From assembly GCA_001179505.1 (NCBI GenBank), contig CDMY01000873.1, positions 1-13,806 on the forward strand: a stretch of DNA of 13,806 bases, written 5' to 3'. The stretch comes from Vitrella brassicaformis CCMP3155 (taxonomy: Eukaryota > Protista > Chromerida). Shown piece after piece: positions 1-8,960 of the stretch. The translations under genes were made by a program, and so were the position numbers. The stretch's first letter is position 1; the number at the start of each line of letters is the position of its first letter. The notes under the pieces are model-generated. The model made no database searches. It saw only the letters and a list, made by a program, of their open reading frames with translations, and was not told the DNA's origin.

Positions 1-99
1 CTCCACACGAGGATGCATACCTGAGTGCTCCACACGAGGATGCATACCTGAGTGGAGCACACGAGGATGCATACCTGAGTGGAGCACACGAGGATGCAT
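1..99. repeat. 27-bp tandem minisatellite, about 3.7 copies (may extend left of the window)
   Basis: Units start at 1, 28, 55 and 82: (CTC/GAG)CACACGAGGATGCATACCTGAGTG. The first three copies are identical except for the first 3 nt; the fourth is truncated. Confidence 0.95.
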
Positions 100-463
100 G
101 GAGTGGTTCAATTATCCCAGTCAGCCTTTTTGCATCTCCGGTGCGCCTCCTGCCGATGTCGACCTCCTCCGATGAATCGCATGTCGCCAGGACCGTCAGG
201 GGGAGGCGGAGCTGATGCCGTGCTCCGTCTTATGCCTCCATGGCCTCCTGCGATGGAGAAGCCCCCTTGCCATCATGCGAGCTTATTCGTTGCGAAGTGT
301 TTCTCCAAAGAATGAAACATAATTGAACGAATCCACGGCAATACAAGCTCACCAACATGGACAGAGTCGCACACAGCCACGCTATGCTATGCTCTGCTCT
401 CCATGCGGAAAACCTCTCCGAAGCACCGCACTGGCTGCTCTCTCTCTCGTCTCTTGTCTCCTA

Positions 464-3056
464 TTATGTCTGGCTCTTCTGCAAGCTGTTGGCCTGCGCA
501 CCCCCCGCCCTCCGCCAGTGTGGCTGCAGTCTCTGCCGTGTCCGCCGCTGCAGCAGACTCTGCACGCTCAACACGTACTGAAACGCCCGAACTATCTCGT
601 CGCGCGGCCACTTGCTGCACACACCACGTACAAGCACACACACACACACACATACAAAATACAGCGAGATGGCATGCACATTGTGGCTAGAATACTCACC
701 CCTTGGTGCATCTCTGCAGCACCGCCCACTCCCGCATAGCAAGGAAGCCCTCCTGCAGCCGACGCCGCTCCTCACTCGCATTCGCCTCGGTCTGAACCGG
801 GCCCTGCTGGAGCATGGGCGGGCTGCTGTCGTCACCTGGGGGTGGGGGGCTCACACGCAAGTCAGGAACTGACGAGGACGATGGCATGGGCACGTCTGCC
901 TGCGACGACTGGGATGACGGTGCAGCCGCCGGGGCAGGGTTCTTGGGAGGGGAAGTGGGAGGGGGAGGGGCGCACGGGCCATTCGACTGTGCCTGCTGCT
1001 GTTGCGGCGGTGGCGGAACGTCCTCTTGCCGGCGCGGCTTCTTCGCAGCAGGTGCACCCTCATCTGAGCACATGAGACGAGCAGAGTAGTCACCATGCAT
1101 CCGGTACGTTCCGTCTGTTCTCTCTTCTCGTCTTGCTCGGCTCGTACCGATAGTGGCGTTCGTCTCCCCCTGCCCTTGTTCTCTCGCCCTCTTGACCCCT
1201 CCCTGTCCGCTCTCAGCCGCCGCAGTAGTCTCGTCAATGCTTGCAATAAGGGGCCCCTGGTCCCTCGCAGCCGCTCCCGCACTGATGGGATCGCTCAGTG
1301 GCGACGGAGAGAGCGGTGTGGGTGTGGGATTGGTGGGCGTTGGCGCGTTGGGTGGGGACAGTGGGTATGGCGGGGGTGAGGGCGTGATGGTGTGCGGGTG
1401 GGTGGGGGAGATGGGAGGGTTGGGTTTGGGCGGCAGGAGGGAGGGCGGCAGCTGGACGAGGGACAGCTGGATGGCTGCGACGAAGACCGATATGGCGGCG
1501 AAGAGGGAGGCGTCGTGCAGCAGACACGTCTGCAGACGAAAACTGAAACCAAAGCCACCCAACACCAAAAGGGGGGAATCCCCCCACCATCCCACTTTGT
1601 CTTCTGCTCCCTTTCGTGTGAGTGTCGTACCTGTCGGCGGCTATCCGCCCCGCCCTCTCAGTCAGCTCCTGCAGCGAGGGCAGGGGGGCCTCTGGCCCCT
1701 CATCACAGCCGGGCATGTCGTCCTTCTCAAGTTCCTCGTCCGTGAAGGCGACTAGTGGGCTTGCGCCAGCCTCACTGGTGGTGGTGCCCTTGGTGTCCTT
1801 GATTCCCTTGATGTTGCGTTGGTGGCAGAAGCTATACAGCTCTTCGGCTAGAGAGGCCAGCTCCTGAGACAGAGAAAGGACGCGCGCATGGTGGAGGGGT
1901 GTGTCTGAGTTTGGGTGGTTGGTTACCTGGTAGGGGAGGTGCACTTTGGGGTGGAACTCCATGACGTTGATGAGAATGCGCTCAAACTTCATCAGCTCCT
2001 GAGACAACGCCTTGTGCTCCTGACCCCACCCACACACACACAGACACGCACACCCACACGCACACGCACACAGGGAGGCCTTACACACACGTATGTGGAC
2101 CCCCAATGCACCCACTGCCATGCACTGCACCCACCCACCCACCAACCTGGTTCTTCGTCTCATGCTTCCACTTATGCATGCTCGGTCCCATGACGCCCCG
2201 CACACTCATCACGAAGCGCCGATTCACCACCCCACCGTCACTCTCACCCTCGCCCCCGTGCGCAGCGTCCCCCTCTCCCTCACCCACGGCAGCCGGTGTG
2301 GCATCCTCCATCACTGGATCCTCTTCGCCGTTGACGAGACAACCACCACCATCGGCGGCAGCCGGAGCCGATCCCTTATCCATGGCCGTGTCGTCTTGCC
2401 GGTCTTGTTGGCATCTCAAGTCGACGGCGTAGTTGGCGGGTCCGGCGTTGTCGACCCGTTTGAGAGTGAGGATCTCCTCCTTGATCTTGCGCCGCACCTG
2501 GTCGGGGTCAGGCTCCACCACCGCCTTGTATGACGCCAGCAGACACGCACCCATCAGGCTCTGCACACACAGACATATGCATGTCATGTCAACGGGATGG
2601 GGCGATTGTATCCCTGTGCTGTGTGCCAGTATGGGGCACCTTACCTTTTTGTCGTCGAATCTGTAGGCCTGCGACGACTGGCTCTCGCGGTCCTGGTTGA
2701 CGCGGTGGTACAGACATTGCGCATTCGTTATCACCTCGGTGCTCCTGAACACAGCACACAACAAACACACACAGAGATGCAGACGTACATCAGAATGGGA
2801 CGCTGGCAGGCCTCCCGATATTCTCTTCTCACATGTCGAGGTTGATGCCGAGAATGATGAGAAACTCGCTCTCCTCGAGAGCACGCTTGACGGTCCGCGA
2901 CACGTCGAAGGGCCGCCGAGGCTGCCGATGGGCCGCGCCAGCGTCGGCTGCGCCTCCGTCCTCGCGAGGCGGCCTCGCAACGCCAATGTCTGCATTCTCC
3001 ATCACGACGTCTTCGCGTTTCTGAGCTACTGCACGATCAGCCGCATTCCCATCCAT
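464..3056 (-). CDS. Transcription-type cyclin (cyclin T/K/L-like) with low-complexity insertions, about 657 aa, 8 exons
   Basis: Model complement(join(464..614,700..1063,1148..1542,1631..1863,1927..2019,2147..2560,2645..2744,2833..3056)) = 1974 nt; all introns GT-AG and phases consistent. Cyclin-box helices: FLIILGINLDMSTEVITNAQCLYHRV, GACLLASYKAVVE, KFERILINVMEFHPKVHLPY. Second fold: RIAADSFRLQTCLLHDASLFAAISVFVAA. Subfamily is not resolvable by eye. Confidence 0.85.
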
Positions 3057-3291
3057 CCTGTTGATTGAATCACTTTCCCTTCAAAGCTCCCGAAAAAGCG
3101 AGCTTTTGTCCTTCAAGCTCGCAAGGAAAACACAGGGGGAAAAAGACGAAAGAGGCGTCAAATCAACCTTTGGAGCTTCAGTGACGATAGCCATAGCACT
3201 ACCAGCTGCACCAGCAAAACAAGGCCTCTTCAACTCCCCTGGAGGAGCAAGCCCCTGAGCTATCTGAGCCGTCACTGCCTGTGCGTCCGTC
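3057..3291. promoter_or_regulatory. 235-bp divergent (bidirectional) promoter region, cyclin / RING
   Basis: Opposing ATGs at 3056 (-) and 3292 (+). Contains CGAGCTTTT (reverse complement AAAAGCTCG) at 3099..3107 and near-copies at about 3083 and 3115. Confidence 0.6.
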
Positions 3292-3542
3292 ATGAGCTCC
3301 CTTCCAGCGGCGCGTGAAGGTCGTCGCGGCCGCAATGGCCGGTCCCGCACACCTGAGCGCGACGCTCCCCTGGCTGCTGCGGCTGCTGTTGTGGGTGACG
3401 GGAGGGACGGTGGAGGGCGCGGGCGGCGCAGAGACGGCTCTCGTGACAGCTCCGGCCGCGTGGACAAGGCTGAGGTCAGCGCAGAGCAACCAGCAGTCAG
3501 GACACGGTTGACAGGAATTTGGTTGTGCTTTTTCTGTGTGTC

Positions 3543-3575
<33 letters not shown>

Positions 3576-4796
3576 GCAGGAGGCCCGTGTGGGTGTCCGC
3601 GGTCGAGGTGCGGGTCGCCGTAAGGGCAGCGAGTCGGCTAAGGGTGTGGACAAGGAAGATGGGGAGGAGGCCGCCATCGCCGACAAGAAGGCTGGTGATG
3701 AGGGGCCGCCCAAGAAGGACGAAGGTAGCGAGGAGGATATCTGCTCCGTGTGTCAGTGCTGCCGCAGCCCGGCCGATGTGGTGAGTCACATGGAGAGAGC
3801 CTGGGGAAGGGCGGGAGAAGCAGCGTCACTGTTGTGTGTCTTCTGTGTTCTCTGTATTCCACAGGGTCGCTTGGGCTGTGGACATTCCTTTTGTTTCCCG
3901 TGCATCAGCAAGGTAGGTATAGCCACCGAGAGCGCCGAGATCATACGGACGCCGCACCGCGCTACACTAGACGAGCTTATGCGTGTGTCGTGCAGTGGGC
4001 CAAGCAGCGCAACGAGTGTCCCGTGTGCCGCGAGGTGTTCCTCAAGATCACCCGCCGCTGCAAGAGCCAGCACACCATGACTCTCCGATCGCGAACCAAC
4101 AAGTGCGCAAACACAAACACACCGCACCACGCGCCGCACCACGCCACGCAACGCCACGTGTGTCCCCTCCCCATCCATCTGTGATCAGGTCTTCGTCTGC
4201 CAGCTCCTCGAGCGCTGCTGCTGCTGCGGGGGGTGCTGGCGGGGGCGATTCGTCGTCGGGTGGTGCGTCAGAGTGGTACGAGCAGGTGGTGACGGTGCAG
4301 CCGCCCCGCCAGGGGCCGCCACACGGCGCCGCGATGGGCGGGATGGTGCAGTCGGTAGTCATCGAAGGGTTGCCGCTAGGTACGCTCACATAACATACAC
4401 ACGCAGGAGGCACTGTGGTGCGATCACGGAGTTGTGGTGTGGTGTGCTGTGGTATGGTGTCTTGCCGTTCTGGTGCAGGTATGCTGTTCGCCTTTGGCGG
4501 CGGCGCCATCGGATTGCCTGCGTAAGTCTGACTTTCCACATACAGCAGCCCTCACCTCAGCACACACCACATCAGCTTGTTTTGTCCCCTCTGTGTATTG
4601 CGTATTGTGTAGCCTGATGGGCCCCATTGTCCAGGCCATGATCATGGCCGAACTGCACGACCACCAGCACGGCAACCACGCCCAAGGCGACGGCAATGCG
4701 GCGGCGGCGGCCAACAACCCCAACACCAATGGCAGTGGCAATGGCAACGGCGAGGGGGTCGGGGAGGGCCAGGAGGGGGGAGCAGAAAGTGCATAG
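3292..4796 (+). CDS. C3HC4 RING-finger protein (putative E3 ubiquitin ligase), about 318 aa, 7 exons
   Basis: Model join(3292..3474,3580..3780,3865..3912,3996..4102,4189..4379,4479..4521,4613..4796) = 957 nt, phases consistent. The spliced RING reads CSVCQCCRSPADVGRLGCGHSFCFPCISKWAKQRNECPVC. N-terminus is Arg/Gly-rich; C-terminus is low complexity. Confidence 0.88.
3544..3573. repeat. (TG)15 microsatellite in RING intron 1, just before the acceptor
   Basis: Read directly from the sequence; many shorter TG/CA tracts occur in other introns. Confidence 0.95.
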
Positions 4797-5896
4797 CCGG
4801 CCAGTGTATGCATACCTCCCTGCCTCACCTGTGTGTGAGAGTGTTTTTTCCGGTCGATATTGCAGCTGAGGTGGACGGACGAGTGGTGGGTGGTTGAGGG
4901 CCGGCCTGTATTGTCTCCTCTGTGTACATAGATGCGTGGATCGCTGACGGCTGCCTGCCTGGCTGTCTGTCTGTGCGGTGTTTTTCTGTCGCTTGTTGTC
5001 GCATTTGCAAAGATCAAGAGGGCTGCAGCAGAAGGAGCAAAGACAGCTGCCCCTTTTCTGACGGAGGGAGGGGAGAGAGGCGTACATAAACATACATACA
5101 CACGTGGATGGACGGATGTGCCTTTGTAAAGTAGCCGGGCTGCCCGCGTGCCCTCCCGCCTGCCTACCTCACGGATGCATGCATCGAAGGTGGTGTGGGT
5201 TTCTGTGGCTGAGGGCCTGAGGCAAGGAGGCGAGTGCGTAGCGATAGCGCCTGGGAGCCAGGCACATCGACATGCACACCCACACACATGTACTTATTCC
5301 TTCCCATCGATTGGCCGCCCTCTCCTTTATCTGCCCCACATATACGTCGTACACATGATCCGTCCGTGTCTGCCCACCTCGATTGGATGAATGGTCTAGG
5401 CTTTTCTTTTATCACCGCCTGGACAATTGACGCCTGTCTGGCTGTCTGTCTCCGTGCCTGTGTGCCTCTCTGGACGGGTGGATGGATGGATGGATGCCGC
5501 CTCTGCTGTCTCGTTCTGACTGTTGCAGCGCTGCGTGGCTGTGTCGAAGTAAGAGCAGACACCCTGTGTCTGTGCAGATGAATGCTCTTACTTGAGCAGA
5601 CTGCGATGCTGTCAAAGTCAGGACACCATGCAGCACCAGAGTGACTCTGGCTGTTCAGCTGTGTTGACCTGCGTGTACAGGTGTGTGGCTGGGTTGATTG
5701 CGTGGTGTGATGGACAGGTCAGTTCACACTTCCTTCAAGTTTGATGACGGCATGACGCGAGTCACCGCATGACCCGAATCATTCATCAGCAAGGGAGCCA
5801 TTTGTTGCAACGAAAGTCAACCAAGCGGGATCGGTAGTCAAAGATTTGACTGCTGCGCAACCTAAGATTTTCGCCACTTCAATGTGCAGTGCTTGA

Positions 5897-6132
5897 TCAT
5901 CAATTACATCAACTCATCAGTAATATCAATTCATCAGTGATATCAACACGCACATCTGCCTTGCGGTCCAGCATATACTACACCCCGGGTAGTATGGTGT
6001 CACCGGGTGTAGTCCACGCTCAACCGCATTGCGGATGTGAGTGACGCAGTTCACCAGACGTATGGTAGATAGCACGCAGAGTCAACGACACAATAATTCA
6101 TCAGTAATATCAATTCATCAGTGATATCAACA
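5897..6132. repeat. Two identical 35-bp direct repeats (5914..5948, 6098..6132) built from a 17-bp unit
   Basis: TCATCAGTAATATCAATTCATCAGTGATATCAACA occurs twice, 184 bp apart. A third degenerate 17-mer (TCATCAATTACATCAAC) lies at 5897..5913. Confidence 0.95.
5947..6043. other. Long imperfect inverted repeat / hairpin
   Basis: 5947..5985 pairs with 6005..6043 in exact register: 30 Watson-Crick pairs plus 1 G-U of 39 positions, no bulges, 19-nt loop. Counted by hand. Confidence 0.85.
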
Positions 6133-6734
6133 TGCAGTCCTTGTTAGTCAGACCTCGTCACACACACCTCCACCCAGTCAACAAGACACACACTCGCGAG
6201 GCAAAGCAGGTCTCATACATGCCCCTGCTGGTGCTCACATCTCTGCTCGCCTCTTTCAGCCACACAAAGGGAATGGCACTCAGGGGCGGGAGACACTAGG
6301 GAACTCAGCAGCCACGCAGGCAGGATAGTCCTATCGTCTGTCTCTATCTCTCCTTCCGTCGAGTCCCGCCGAACAGATAAAGCGGGCAAAGGGCCAAACA
6401 GCATCCGGAGGGACGACTCAAAAACAACACGCACGTGTGAATCACGTCATGTGTATGCAACTCAGCGGCTGCTACGCATACATACAGAGACCGGACAGCT
6501 ACAGAGACATATATACGAGGCTGTGTGCAACATGCAGAGAGGAATGTATACGCAGACTACATACGTACACACGCGCAGCATGAAGGCTCTACAAGCGCAG
6601 ATATATAAGCAGGATCAGATTAAGGCTTCCAAACCTACTGAGTGGATCTGACTTGAGCTGCAAAAAAGTAGCGACTGGGGTGAGGTAGACATACAGAAAG
6701 AAAGACAAGACACAGAGGGCGGTCAATCAGCTCG

Positions 6735-7992
6735 TCACTTCGGGCCCTCGAGGAACTCCTCGCTCTGCTGCCCGGCAGACACCTCGACTGCACCACACAG
6801 ACAACCACACACACACAAACTCATTTCTCCCCCACCCAGTCAGCCCCCTCGTTTTGCTTACATGTGACTTCGATGTCCTTGCCCTCTGTCTCGTCGTTGA
6901 AGGGGATGGCCGCCAGAGTGAAGACGCCTGGCCCGGCGATGGCCTCATGGGCGCCCCTGGCGAAGGCAGCTGGCTTCCCACCGTTGCCGCCGGCCGCGCC
7001 GAAGGCCTTGAAGGCGTTGCTGCCCTTGACGGCCTTCTCGAGGTAGGGAGGATCTCTGCACACACACACACACACACGAGCAAGCAACAAGCAAAGGTAG
7101 GCCAGATACAAACAGCACATGGCTGGGCGGACCTGAAAGTGTCCCAGTCAATGAAGGTGCCCTTGTCGAACAGGAGGAACTGGACGGCCGTGACGCACGG
7201 CGACTCAGGGACGGCCGTGAAGGTGAAGTCCAGGCCCATCTCAGCAGGGACAACAAAGCCAGTCGTGCTGTCCTTGATGAGCTCCCCCTGGCCTTCAGGC
7301 TGGGAGGGGTCCTTCGTGTTGACAAGACGGAAGCCGGCGAGAGCTGGGGTGGCCTCTGCAAAGACACGCACCAGACACAAGCAATGAAGACCAACCAAGC
7401 TGACGGTGGGCGAACTCCTACGTGCTGTACAGACCTTTGCATTCTGTTGGTGAGGGAGGAAGGAGGGAAAGACATGCACGGGCACCACAGCACAGCAGCA
7501 TGGCAGCCATGAGCCTGACTGTCTGCCGGTCTGTTGCGTACCTTGCTTGGCTGGTACGCCTTCGCCGTTGAGCGTCAAGATGGCGTCCTCCAAAAGCTCA
7601 TCGGACACCAAGTCATCTGACACAACACACACAACCCAGACCAGTGCGCATGCACACAACACAATCCCCGTGACCAAGCGTACCTGGGATCAGTGACACG
7701 CCATTCGCCGACACTACCGTGTCGATTTCGGGCGGCACATCGTCTGACACACAGCAAGACACATCCACGACACGAGCATTCACACCTCCCTCCCCTCCTC
7801 TCGTCCCTGCCCCGCACCTCTGAAGTTGATTGTGATATTCAGATTGCCGCCACCGCCCGTGTCGCTGATGTTGACGCCCACTATCGGCGCGCTCCCATCA
7901 CCGGGCGGTGTCGGGTCCATCTCCGCCCACTCATCCTCACACACGGCAGAGCCAACCAGTCCTAGCAACACGAGAGCAGTGAGCGACAGCAT
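6735..7992 (-). CDS. Secreted protein of unknown function (signal peptide plus predicted beta-sandwich domain), about 262 aa, 7 exons
   Basis: Model complement(join(6735..6787,6862..7055,7133..7355,7435..7443,7542..7616,7684..7743,7818..7992)) = 789 nt, phases consistent. N-terminus MLSLTALVLLGLVGSAVC looks like a signal peptide; N-glycosylation sequons NIS and NIT; ends KDIEVTFEVSAGQQSEEFLEGPK*. Confidence 0.8.
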
Positions 7993-8416
7993 GGCGGAAG
8001 TGGCACTGAGGCGAAGAGAGGGTGAGTGCGCGTGTAAGAAAAGGAAGGAGAGAGAGTCAAGAGATTCCTGATAAGCCAAAGCAGAAGGTCGTACGGCCGC
8101 CTCCTTCGGTTCGGACCGCGTACACTATGCATGCAACCGACAGCTGGCCGGCCAACGCCACATGCGGCCAGGAATCCTCGCCGCTGCAATGACTGCATCC
8201 GTTGTCTTCGGCTTCGGTGACATAGTGTTTGGTGGATGTTGTGGCTTTCCAGATCACCCTGAGAGACGATTTCCAGGGCGCGTCAGACCTGCGCACAGGG
8301 GAAGATGCACTGCTGTCGGAGAGAACATCTGGCAGTTGCCACTCGTGTCCTCAGGTCGCATGCGGATCCGCCGGCCCTGCTGCTCCCCTCTGAAAATGCA
8401 ATGGGGGATAGCAGGG

Positions 8417-8445
8417 CGAGAAAAAGCTCGTCGAGAAAAAGCTCG
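8417..8445. promoter_or_regulatory. Tandem CGAGAAAAAGCTCG x2, candidate cis-element in the second divergent promoter
   Basis: Copies at 8417..8430 and 8432..8445, upstream of an A-rich tract and a probable 5'-UTR intron. Function is inferred from position only. Confidence 0.5.
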
Positions 8446-8960
8446 CGAGACGTAATAAAAAAAAACCAACGTGATTGCTCTGCCTTCCGCTGTGTATGTT
8501 CTTCTGGCTGCTGGCGTGTTGTCGCCCGGAGGGGCTGATGAGCCCAGCCAGCATGACTAACTACCGACAGGCGATGAGGAGCCCTCCGCTGCCCCACCAC
8601 CACCCTTTGATTCGCGTGCAATGCTGATGTCGAGCCCTTCACCTCAGCTCAAAACCCCCAGAAGCGTGACGCGGGGGCGATAGCAGGTGATCGTGACAGC
8701 GAAGGGTCCCTCCTGTACTCGTGCACCTCGGCCTCGTGGTCAGCGACGCTAAGCTCCGACCCCAGCAATCCAACCACCCCAGCAGCGGCCGCCATGGCTC
8801 GTGGCCAGGCGGACACTCGAGGGATCGCTGCTCTACCGTCCTTACACGAGGACGGCGCCCCTGAAATGGCCGAGAGCGGCAGTGAGATGGCGGGGGGGCG
8901 CTGGCCGTGGCGGGCGGCAGTCAAGGAGGGCAGGGCGGCCTGGGTGGTGCAGTAGCAGTG

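Noticed and set aside
1-99. CRISPR-like appearance of the 27-bp repeats
   Set aside because: The units are contiguous with no spacers, and the context is eukaryotic with no cas genes.
79-315. 78-aa ORF on +, possibly the last exon of an upstream gene
   Set aside because: It starts inside the minisatellite, has no recognisable motif, and no frame is favoured; it cannot be supported from this window.
814-1755. Plus-strand Gly-rich ORFs (814..1089, 1153..1755 and others)
   Set aside because: Antisense shadows of the Pro-rich cyclin exons.
3081-3789. Long minus-strand ORFs (210 aa, 196 aa)
   Set aside because: Antisense to RING exons and run through the (TG)15 intron repeat (HTHTHT translation).
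4424-5287. 287-aa minus-strand ORF
   Set aside because: Overlaps the last RING exons in antisense, has no domain, and has microsatellite-derived composition.
5947-6043. Classification of the hairpin as a MITE/CACTA element
   Set aside because: The ends read CAC...GTG, but the flanks (CAA vs ACG) show no target-site duplication; kept only as an unclassified hairpin.
5914-6132. C/D-box snoRNA reading of CTGATGA motifs on the minus strand
   Set aside because: The motifs are simply part of the 17-bp repeat unit; no terminal stem or recognisable rRNA guide was found.
6213-6651. Short ORFs 6213..6434 (-) and 6451..6651 (+)
   Set aside because: No motifs or supporting splice structure; likely UTR or intergenic.
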